Positions 39,501 to 51,500 of a stretch of 64,000 nt of DNA are shown here, in pieces (the stretch's first letter is position 1; the number at the start of each line of letters is the position of its first letter). The notes below the pieces were generated by a model. It did no database searches. It saw only the letters and a program-made list of their open reading frames with translations, and was not told where the DNA came from. The translations under genes were made by a program, and so were the position numbers. The DNA is from Squalus acanthias (lineage: Eukaryota): the NCBI GenBank assembly GCA_030390025.1, contig CM059428.1, positions 168,516,001 to 168,580,000 on the forward strand, written 5' to 3'.

Positions 39501-42500
39501 CTAATGCTGCAACTCAATTGCCCAATTAAGTGAAAATTGCATCAGGCATCCACATTAATCTGGAGTCGGGGGGGAAACACGAAATGCAGGTTACACGACC
39601 CCATCACAAAATCCAGCCCTATGCCTCTATTTATAAATCCCATATGGTTTATTAACTGCTTTTATAACCTGTCCCTGCCACCTTCAAAGATTTGTGCAGA
39701 AGCACCCCAGGTCTCTCTGTTCTTGCACCCCCTTTAAAATTGCACCATTTAGAATGTATGGTCTCTCCTCAGTTTTCCTACCAAAATGTATCAGCTCACA
39801 CTTCTCTGCATTGAATTTCATCTGCCTTGTGTCCGCCCACTCCACCAGCCTGTCTATGTCTTCTTGAAGTCTATTACTATCTTCCTCACTGTTTTCGATA
39901 CTTCCAAGTTTAGTGTCATCTGCAAATCTCGAAATTGTGCTCTGTACCCCCAAGCCTAAGTCATTAATGAATATCAAAAACGGCAGTGGGCCTAGTACTG
40001 AACCTTGGGGAACGCCACTGTATACCTCCCTCCAGTCCGAAAAACAGCCATTCACTACAACTCTCTGTTTTCTATCCCTTAGCCAATTTTGTATCCATGC
40101 TGCTACTGCCCCTTTTTACCCCTTGGGCTTCAATTTTGCTAACAAGTCTACTATGTGGTACTTTATCAAACACACTGGGGGCGATTTTCTGACGTCGGAG
40201 GAGGCGGGTAAATTAGATTCAAAGAGGTCGGGTTCGGAACCCGCCTCCAAGCCGCCTCCGTGGGATTTTGCCGGTGCCGGTTTTGGAGGTCGGGAAACGC
40301 TCCCGCCTCCAACTGGCCATTGCGCGAATTAACTTCGTTAAATGCTTGTTAAGGGCCTCTCTAAGCCTATTTTGAGAGGCCCTCATGAATTTCCCAGCAT
40401 TTCGGCGTGCTCCACGCAACTCCTGAACCACGCCAGGTAAACCTGGCGGGTTGACTCGTGGGTGACCTCCTCACTGCTGCAGGTCTAACAAGACATTGTT
40501 TATTGCAGCAAGGATTACTTGCAGGTGCCAGACCTTGGCTTTAAAAGGTCACTGAGCACTTTTAGAAGGCCTTCCAAAGTCGGAGGTGCTGCAGCTTGAC
40601 TCCATCAACTGTGGGACCTCCTTGGAAGACCCTCTCCCTGCTTGCAATGAGCGCTTCCCCAAAGGAGGCATCTACAAGCAGCATGGGAACCATTCATTTT
40701 CTTTCTGCATGGACCTCAGATGAGGATGAGGACCATCCAGGGCAGCAGCAGAACCAGGCAGCTCAGCAGCAACATCAGCTGCAGCCCCAACCTCCTGCTC
40801 AGCCACCTAATGCTGCACAGGGCAGAAGGCGCCAGCGCATCGAGGCACCTCGCCGCAGGAGGTACCCCCCACAGAGAGTTTACAGACAAAGGATGAGCTA
40901 CCTCAACATGAGTGAGCAGCAGTGCCACACTTCTTTTAGCCTCAACCTGTCACATTAACACCACCTCTTGCCTTGATCATCTCTTAATCTCTCCTTTTGT
41001 TCTTTAATCCCCTCCCCCTTTTCCCAGCTTTATCCTTGCCTTAAATCTATTTCATTTCCTGCTATTTCCAGTTCTGACGAAAGGTCTTCGACCTGAAACG
41101 TTAACTCTGTTTCTCTCTCCACGGATGCTGCCTGGCCTGCTGAGTTTTTCCAGCATTTTCTGTTGTTATTTCCATCATAGAGACCATTGGGTTGTTGAAG
41201 ATGCGCTTCCGTTGCCTTGACCGATCAGGTGGAGCCCTGCAGTTACACCATACAGGGTCTCCAGAATGGTCGTGGTCTGCTGTACACTGCACAACATCGC
41301 ACAGCGTCATGGCTTGCAGCTTCCTGATGAGCAAGCAGCTCAGTACCAGCCCTCCTCAGATGAAGATGAGGAGGAGGAGGAGCAGGAGGAGGTCAGAGCG
41401 CCGGTGTATCGACCAGCGGCAGCACGCGAGCACATGGCTGCCAGGGATGAACTTATCATGGCCAGATTTGCATAGGTTGCCCAAGTTGGCACATGTCCTT
41501 GGCTCCATCCTAGGACTTCATTGACAATGGACATGACTCTCTGGCCTCCTTTCACTCAGGCCACCAACCAGACAACGCAAGTGTGGCGGTGCCCGCAATG
41601 TGGAGCTTCCTAAGGCGAAAGAACAGATGGCATAACGCCAACCTTTTGGCTTCAAATCATTTTAATGCTTTCCAACAGGGATGGCATTTCATCAATATAC
41701 AGAAACAGTCTCCCAATCTGCACACAGATCTGGAGGTTATATCCCTTGCCAGCTGTACCCTCACAGCCTTGGTTTCTTTGGCAGGCCTCTTCCTCCGAGA
41801 TGAGTGGAAGAGCACCTCCATGCTAGCTCTCACCCCCTCAAACAACCTTTGCAGCGCCTCATCTGAGAGCCTTGGTAGGCCCTTGCCTTGGAATTGGACA
41901 TGGGTATCTCAAAAGATGTTGGAGGTGGTGCAGGAGAAGCAGAAATGCTGTGGAGTGAGCCAAGGGAGCAAGAAGCCATAAAATCAGACTGGAAAAGTGC
42001 TGTCAACAGAGGCGAGTTTCAGTCGCAAAACACTAATTGAGCAAGGCATCCCACACCTCTGAAATCAAGTGGTCAATCATGGGAAAATCGCAAAATTTTG
42101 AAACCTATCAGTGGAGGCGAGTTTCAAATCCACCCAAACTGAAACCCGCCTCCATCTCGCCTCCAGTGGGAAAATCGCCCCCCTTGTGAAAGTCCATATA
42201 CACATCAACTACACTGCCCTCATCCACCCTCTCTATAACCTCATCAAAAAACTCGAGTTAGTTAAACACGATTTGCTCTTAACAAATCCGTGCTGGCTTT
42301 CCTTTATTAGTCCATGATTGTCCAAGTGGCTGTTAATTTTCTCCTGGATTATTGTTTCTAAAAGCTTTCCCACCACCGACGTTAAACTGACTGGCCTGTA
42401 ATTGCCAGGTTTATCCTTCTCCCCTTTTTTGAACAAGGGTGTAACATTTGCAATCCTCCAGTCCTTTGGCACCACCCCTGTATCTAAGGAGGTTTGGAAG

Positions 42501-45500
42501 ATTGTGGCCAGCACCTCCGCAATTTCTACCCTTACTTCCCTCAGCAACCTAGGATGCATCCCATCCGGACCGGGTGACTTATCCACTTTAATTACCACCA
42601 GCCTTTCTAGTACCTCCTCTTTATCTATTTTTATCCCATCCGGTATTCCAGCAACCTCTTCATTTACCATAGCTATGGCAAAGTCCTCTTCCTTGGTAAA
42701 CACCGATGCAAAGTACTCATTTAGTACCTCAGCCATGCCTTCTGCCTCCACCAATAGTTCTCCATTTTGGTCCCTAATCGGCCCCCACCGCTCCTCTGAC
42801 GACCCTTTTACTGTTAATATGCCTGAAGACAACCTTTGGATTCCTTTTATGTTATGTTATTTTAAACCAATTATAATTAAATGGAACACAAGTTCATAAA
42901 CCTGCTGCTTAAAAGTAAAGGTAGGTAGACAAAAAGTGAAGAGCTGTATTCGTATAGTCTGAATAAATGAATGTTATTACAAAAAATACTTTTCCATACC
43001 TTTCACTTTAAGGCAAGCTGTGGTCTGTTGATCGCCTGAGTCACAGGTATATTCTGCCGTATCTTCGAGTTTCAGATTGCAGATCAACAGTTCAGCAATA
43101 GGTCCCTTTTGCTTTACTTTATACTTGTCACTGGGATGAAGCACCACAGTTCCTTTTCTCCACTCTACGGGAGCATCAGGCTTAGTAAGCTCACAGTGCA
43201 GAGTGGTGGTGCTGCCTTCTTCAGCTTCCTTGTTCTGAAGCACTTGTTTGAAAAGTACCGGAAGGGCTGGTAGGGCAAGATTATAGTGCATTTACAATAA
43301 AAACAAAACAAGGTATTAAGCAGTTATACAATTATTGTACTTCTTCCTTATATAGTTGGTTGAAACTCTTTTGCAAGTTTAAAAAAAAATGACCTGAAGT
43401 ATTCATAATGAAAAGTAAAACTTATTTTGATTTAATCTATCCAATATCGATACACTCTTTTCAGGAGTATGTGCATGTGCGTTTATACTTGTTAATGTAT
43501 AAATATCTTGATAAGAAGAATACAAAAGGAAAACAACTTTAAAGCTTTAAAGCTTCACCTGACGAAGGAGCAACGCTCCTAAAGCTTGTGATTTCAAATA
43601 AAGCTGTTGGACTATAACCTGGTGTTGTGCGACTTCTCAACTTTAAAGCTGTTTACTGGCTGTTTGTGCAAACACAAAACCAAAACCTTCACTTAAAAAA
43701 ACATTTTATTTTCTTTCCTTTTTTCCTTGCTATTTTTATATTTTTTTGACAGTAGTTACCTGTGGGATTAAGAAAATACATCTCTGCAATACAAAACAAA
43801 GCAGTAAGTTCAGTTGTTTTATATGGCTGTAAATCAAAAACAGATAATTTAAAAGTGTTTATTTGAAGTTTTTTGGAAACTGCATGAGAACCATTCCACG
43901 CCCAACTGAGAAAGGCATCTCATTGCTTACTTATACAACATTACTTATGAAATTACTACATTTGCAAATTAGTAAAGGGTTAGAGTTGATAGTTATGGAC
44001 ACAATTAGGCACAAAATGCAATTTCAACCATGCCCATTTCTGAAAGGATCAGTGTCTCACATGAAGTGACTTTGGCTAAAATGTAGGCCACTTTAGAGTG
44101 TAGTTAAGAGTCAACCATGTTGGCGTGGGTCTGGAGTCACATATAAGCCATACTGGGATGCCAGCTTTTTTTTCTCTTATGGGACAGTAGTGAACCAGTT
44201 GGGTTTTAATGACAATCCAACAACTTCATGGTCACTTTTACTACTACCAGATTTTTAACTCCAGATTTTTTTTTAAACCGAGTTCAAATTTTCACAAAGC
44301 CACGGTGGAATTTGAACTCGCGTTCTCTGGATTACTAGTCCAGTAACATAACCACTACACTACAGTACCTGACCAGGCAAGTGGATCCACATTCCTAAAT
44401 TGAGCCTGGTAGATGGTAGAGAGTCTTTGAGGGGGGTCAGAAAATGAGCAACTGGTCACAAAATATCCAGCTACTGCCCTGCTTTTGTAGCTACAATGTT
44501 CATATGGCTAGTCCAGTTAAGCTTCTGGTCAATGTTCACCCGCAGGATATAGATAGTGGAGCCTCATTTAATACAGCACTCCATCAGCGTTGCACTGAAG
44601 TGTCAGCCCAGATTTTGTGCTGAAGTCTCAGAGTGGAGCTTGAACCCACAACCTTCTGACTCAAAGGCGAGACTATTACCACTGAGTCAAGGTAACATTT
44701 AATTATCATCAGCACTCATTACTACTGAAGGTCAGGAGTAGATGGCTGGGCCTTTTTTTGTTGTAGATTGTCATTACCTGGCAGTCATGTGGTGTGATGT
44801 TACCCACCACTTGTCAGCCAAAGCCTGGATGGCATGGTTTATTTTATTATTGGAGGAGTTGTGACTGGAGCTGCACACTGTAGAATCACCAGTGAACAGC
44901 TCTGCTCCTGATCTGATAATGGAAGGATGAAGCAGCTGACGATTGTTGGGTCAAGTACACTTCCCTGAAGAACTCAAGCAGCAATGTCCTGAGGTTCTGA
45001 TGACTGGCCTCCAACAACCACAACCATCTTCCTTTGTGTGACTCCTGTTATTGCAGTGTTTTATCCTTGGCTCCTATTGACCACAGTTTTGCTAGAGGGC
45101 CTTGGTGCCATAATTAGTCAAATGTAGCTTTCATGTCGAGGCAGCTACTCTCACTTCTCCATCCTTGCTTCTGCCATTCGGCTCTTGCATCCATATCTGG
45201 ATCAAGGCTCTGACAGGATCTGGAACTGAGTGTTTCCGGTGGAACTTGAAATGAGCATCAGAGAACAGGTTCTGGTGAGTCGGTGTTACTTGGAATGGAT
45301 AAGTAGGATACTGGTGTGAGGAGGATAATAAAGAATAATAAAGGCTTCACCAGGCATCCCCACATGCAATAGGAGCATATCAAAGTAGTACAATTTTAGA
45401 GATGGAGGCCCCTGAAAACATTAGCTGTCAGGATCATTCTGTCAAAGCTATTGTTGTGTGCTGCAATGTACCCCTGATAGTAGCAATAGTAAATGTGTGC

Positions 45501-48500
45501 AATTACTATATATAGCAGCCTTGTAAATATCATTCGAGTCTGAGAGATGTCCAGGAAACAGTCCTGGAACGATTGGAATGACCTTTAACCTTCCCCAGGC
45601 TTCATCCCTGTAATACTATTGATATACAGAAGTTTACTTGGTTATGCACTACTTAGTGAATTATTGCTTTCGGTCCTTGCAACATAGAAAACAAATAACT
45701 GTCAAGATTGCCTAAATCAGTCTGCAGGAGAGGCCCAGAAAATCCATGAGTTGCAATTACGGTGGTTACGTCAGGATCACGCCCATAGGTGCCCTCCAGA
45801 TACCCCACCAGAGTGCATAGGGTCAGCGGGAAGTTGCCTAATGGGCATGGAGCAAGTGAGAAACCATGCCACTACTGGCACATCTTTGGCACCTGCCTCT
45901 GCGTGAAACCAGAAACTGAACCCCCCCCCCCCCCCCCCCCGCACCTGCCCACTTTCGGGGGTATGTGGTGATCAGGCCCCTTCTCCCACAAGACCGAAGC
46001 TTTGCCCTGTTTAGCCCCGTTAAACAGATTTTTGGTATATTCAAAAAAACTGGCCTTTTTGCAGGGGTTCAGTCCATTCTCCTTATTTGGACCCTGAGGT
46101 GGGACCTAGTGGCCCTCATTTATATGTAAATATTCCTCATTTCACTCAGCATATCAGCCTTCAGCAATATGCTGGGTCCAGACTGAGCCAAGGAAGTGGG
46201 AATACCCAGCTCAGGTCCAGGGCTGCCCCTGACATCAATGGTCTTCTAAGGGGTGGATCTGCCAACCGGAAAAAAAAAAATTCGCAGAATTGGCAGGTAC
46301 CTGACAGAATCAAATCCCTGGGACACTCTGCTGATTCCCTAATGATCCAAACTCAAATGGGACATGATAGACTAAAACTGCTGCAACATGAATCCCATAG
46401 AACAAAATTTTAAACCAGTGTCAAACAGATGCTGGAGATACTCAAAGTTTATGAAGAATATCTCATAAAATGGGACTAACTAACTTAATTTAAAAAATAT
46501 TGCACAAACCTTTACCATTTTGTTTTAATGTCATTATCACATTGCTGTTTGTGGGAACTTGCTGTGTGCAAATTGGCTGCCGCGTTCCCACATTACAACA
46601 GTGACTACACGCTGCTTTGAGACGTCCAGTGGTCGTGAAAGGCGCTATATAAATGTAAGTCTTTCTTTTTTTCCCCCCCAATGGAAACTAATTCATTTAT
46701 CTATCACCGACAGACACTGATCCAACAGAAAGCCGCCAAGTAAAAAGTCTTTGCATTTGGATACAATATTTACCTAGCCTAACTGTGAGAGTAGATCACT
46801 ACCGTAAGGCAATAAGATGCCTCTGGACATTGCCGTGATGTTTGAGAACCATGCTTTGCAGAGGTAAAAAGGAGTTACTAGTATAATAAAATGCATTTCC
46901 AACTACACCGCACACAATACCCAGAGGAAATTTCCTTTAAGATCTATTTGTTTTTTTCTGTCAATTTCTGTTAATTTGTATATTTAAATAATGAGTGCTG
47001 ATGATAATTAAATGTTACCTTGACTCAGTGGTAATAGTCTCGCCTTTGAGTCAGAAGGTTGTGGGTTCAAGCTCCACTCAGACTTCAGCACAAAATCTGG
47101 GCTGACACTTCAGTGCAACGCTGATGGAGTGCTGTATTATTTCTGATAAAATGTTAAACATTTGCCTATTCACATAAATGTATGGGATCCCATAGCACCA
47201 TTTGAAGAAAAGCAGGGAAGTTTCCCTCAACCAACACTACCAAAGTAAATTAACTGTTCGTTTATCTCATTGCTGTTTGTGGGAACCAGTTGCCATCTTT
47301 ACCTACATAGTAACAGTGACTACAACTCAAATGTAATTCATTAGCTGTGAAGCACTTAGAGACATCTTAAGGGCATGAAAGGCGATATATAAATGCAACT
47401 TCATTCATTGACGGGGAAACTGGCTCAGTAGTGTTACTGCGGTCAAAAGTATGAGATGCAAATTAGTACGTACAATTAAAATAACTAAAGTACAAACTAT
47501 GCTTACCCACTATTTTAAAAGAGATTTTGACCCATTCATTTTAGATAGGTTAATACCTCCGTTAGAGAGGAATGTCATACGAAAGCAGTAAGTATTTGGC
47601 ACATTGTCGCAAACATTACATTTTAGTTTTATATCTTTATGCAACTGTTTCATCCTGTTGAGCTCAGTATTGCCTCACTCCCAATTATGTCAACAGCATG
47701 CACTGTTTAAACAAAAATATTAAAAAAGTGGAAAATGGAATATTAAATGCAGTTACAGTTGTTTTCTATTCAAATTAGTACCGATGGAAAGAATCATTTT
47801 GCAGAGAAAGCTCACTATAGTGATCCCTTTTACATATCAGATAATTGCAAAGAACAATAAATAACGTGAACATCTATTTATTTTGTTCCATCCATCTTTG
47901 TTGGGTCTTGAAAGAAATTTTCTCATCATTTTTGAAAGGGATACTGATCGTGAACCTCATTCTTGAAGAAAGGCTTTAAATTAATTGATTGGTATGTTTT
48001 CACATACACATCTGAATGGTAGATATTTTATTTCACAAAAGGCATGAAAATAGGTAAGTTGTTAGATAACAGCACTGGTAAAAATATTATCAAATACAAG
48101 AAAAAAGGCAAGACAAGTAGACCAAAGTCAGTAATTAAGGGAAAGAAACATTACGATTTATTTTATAGCCAAATAAAGACACAGAACTGTTAATTGGGAA
48201 CGGTACATTAATAATGTAAATTAAAAAAATTATGAGTTTAAGAGGGATAAGATGAGCAGAAAATATACAGTAGCCCCTCATTATAACACTCTCCAATATA
48301 CTGTAATCTTTTCATAACAAACTGTTTCAACAACAAAGATCCCAGTAAATACCTTGGCCTTCATTTTCTCTCAGTGATAAATTCTAATATTTCTTTTTTC
48401 ACCTGCCTATATTTTGAGAAATTTTCTTTTTACCAAGTTTTAAAATGCTAGCGGAGAAGACCAAGTCTGCACAGATAATTACAACAGCTAGAAGTACTGC

Positions 48501-51500
48501 CCTCAGTGAGATACGGCTCCAGCCACATGTTCAAAGAGAATTTGGAAAGGAGTACACAATAAAAAAAAATTCTCTTGTTCCAACATGATGCTTACTTAGC
48601 TGCTCAGCCAGCAACCCTAACAACCATAAACAGCAGCAGAACTCCATCCAGGGCTCATTTACACATGAAAAAAAAATAGCTGCAGTACCCAGGCAAATTT
48701 CTTGCTGGCAGTGACTTGGATTGCCCACTCAAGAGGAAAATGCAAGTACTTCTTTTTAACACAGCGCTCATTATTGCACTCCCTGGCTTACTACAACATT
48801 TGATGCAACCCCATATCGTTTACAACAGCCTCTTCAATGGGCAATCCATGTGAAATACACTCTCTTACATTCTTCTCACTCTCAAATATACCACAACCTC
48901 TGATGCAACACATTATTCTGGACTTCCTCATTACAGAAATCGTACAGAATATCTTATCTGTTGCATACAGCTCACTACTACCACTCTGACACATTTAGCT
49001 CACATATCTCTATTAACTCAGGATTCATATAAAATACTCTCACTATCGTATGTTCTATCACTTCTTTCTAATTGATAGGACCAGTCACTGAAAGTATCTA
49101 GTCCATGTGAAGCTGTTATAAGCAAAGATAATTAAGTGAAAACAAGTTGAGTACTTTGCCAGTTTTTTTCAGCAACTCTACCTTAAAAATCACACTGATG
49201 CATAAGAAAAAGCCTTAAAAAATTTTTTTTTTTGCATTTCACAGGAAATTACATGGCCGCTGAAAGGTGGGGATTAAGAAAACAAACCAAAAAAAAATGC
49301 TCAACAGTAATTTGGCCTTGAATTGGAGGTTGTGTTGCTTAGTTGCAACACAGCTGAACGAAGCAGACTCAGACCAGCTGTTCTTTTTCTACCTTCCTTT
49401 CCTATGTTCATATGAACCTAGGCTTAGTGTCCAAAGTTGTCTTTAAAATGATCTTAAAAATATTAATGCATCGTGATGTAATGTGATCAGGTTATTATAT
49501 CTGGTCGGGGGGGTGCAGTACACAATTTCAAAATTAAAAACATCAAATGAGACTAGAAACTAGAAGAATATTTCCCCACATTTTTGTAGATATGTGACAG
49601 ACTCCCAGCAGTTAAAACTATGTTGATTAAGTATTTTAAAAGGAACTGGTTAATTATTTGCTTATAAATGGGATTGAAGGTTTTAAGGATGTATGAACAA
49701 AGATAATCAAATCCTGCATGAAACATCATGGTTTCTGTGCTGTGGGGAAGCTGGAAATATACTAGCTAATAAGCTATATGGTTAAGTAGATATTCTGGAC
49801 TTTTACCTGATTACCAATGGGCTGTGGGGATAAACTTTAAAAGAACCTTCTCACAGAATATTAAATACATTGTTTGGAGTCCATGACATGGCAAGGTTTG
49901 TAAAACAAATGTATTTGATAGATGTGATAGTGTATTTGTTATGGTACAGGATTAGCAATCCAGAGGCTGTGATTTCAAATCCCAGAGTGATAAATTGAAA
50001 CCCACCATAGAATTGAACTGAATAAATCTGGTAATTTATGGGCTGGCACTAGGAATACAAAATGACCATGCAAAATTGTCGTTAAAAACTCAACTGGTTT
50101 GCTAATGTCCTTCAGAGAAGGGTGACTTGCCACCCATGCTCAGTCTGGCCTACATGTAACTCCAGTCCCACACTAACATGGTTATCACTTAATGCCCTCC
50201 AAAGTGACCTAGCAACCCACACAGTTATAATTGCAGCGATTCAAGAAGGTGCTCCACTACAACCATCTCAGAACAACTTGTGATGGGCAATAAATACAGC
50301 CATGTCAACATCACTGTTTCAGCTGGATGGGCTGCTTGCCTATTTACAGGCGTGTATGAAAATAGCATTGGGTGTTAATGGAGTAACTGAAGTGCCCATC
50401 CCATCATGTTGTTCAGTCTGAGAATGGGCAAGCGACAGTTGAAAAATCGGGTAAACTCCACCGCTCTTCTTTAAAATTATGCCGCGAATCTTTTACGTCC
50501 ACCTTAAAGGGCAGACAGGGTCTCAGAATAACATCTTAGCTCAAAGACAGCACCTCCGACAGTGCAGCATTCCCTCAGTGCTGCACTGAAGTGCAGTTTA
50601 GATTACGCGCTCAAGTCTTTGGACTGGATTTTGAACCCATCTGAGTCAGAGGTGAGAGTGCTGCCACTCAGCCAAGCCTGACACTTAAACAGTCAATGGT
50701 GGGAAATTCTAGCTCTTGTTGTCTAAGCTTAGATTAAATAATGATCAAGTCCCAAAGCAGTTTAAGCCTCTGACACATGACATGCGAAAATGTGAATAGA
50801 GTGTGGGTGGGGCTTCAGGGTCCCAGTGACCAGGAGAGAAAATCGTTGACTGACTGATTTTATTCTCACTCTGCACACAGAGGTGTAGAACTGAACCCAA
50901 CCAGAGTAGAGGGAGGAAGAAAACTGGGAGTGGAGGAAAGAAATGTTGGCGATGGTGCGGAGGGTTTCAGTTTCAGCACAGGGAGGAGGGAGAGTGTGTG
51001 GGATGGGGTTTTGTAGTTTTGGGTTCAAATGTGTTATTTTGGTCATATTTATATATTTGCCATTTTCTGCCCACAGGGCAATCACGGTGCACTGACCAAC
51101 ACCGTAGCTTGTCAGAATAGGGCAGGTGGAACCGAGCCAGAGGCAGCTCTGGGAAGTCATCTTATGAGCACTGGGTTGGGAAACAAAAATTCAATTGGTT
51201 TTTGGGCACTGGGCTAGCACTGCCCTCCCTCCCACATTTTTTACATTTTGACGCATCTGTCTATTTATATACTGGAAATGTTTTAGTTGTTTTCACAGCA
51301 AAATGCATTTATTATTAAACCTCCACAGAAGGCAACTGTCTATAACAATTGAATAAAACTCAGAGTTGTCAGGATATGGAACGCTCTACCTGAAAAAGGT
51401 GGTGGGAGCTGATTCCATAAATAATTTTAAAAAGAGCTTGGACAGGTACTTGAGAATGAGGATCTTACAAGGATTACGGACAAAAAGCAAGGATGTGGGA

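Larger units (their letters stand above)
40177..42182. mobile_element. Internally deleted PIF/Harbinger DNA transposon (transposase and Myb/SANT gene remnants)
   Basis: TIR gggggcgattttc / gaaaatcgccccc. Plus strand: transposase N-terminus ([25 protein letters not shown]) and C-terminus ([19 protein letters not shown]...VVVCCTLHN). Minus strand: Myb-like [20 protein letters not shown] at 41657-41845. Confidence 0.9.
38447..42845 (-). mobile_element. Degenerate CR1 LINE hosting nested Harbinger elements
   Basis: RT pieces: ORFs 42233-42832 ([16 protein letters not shown]), 39684-40055 ([14 protein letters not shown]) and 38448-38642. Confidence 0.9.

Noticed and set aside
40596-41524. Domesticated HARBI1/NAIF1 genes
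   Set aside because: Flanked by TIRs, core deleted and frameshifted, so it is a transposon relic.
47018-47090. tRNA gene
   Set aside because: A/B boxes only, no complete cloverleaf, and it continues into a SINE body.
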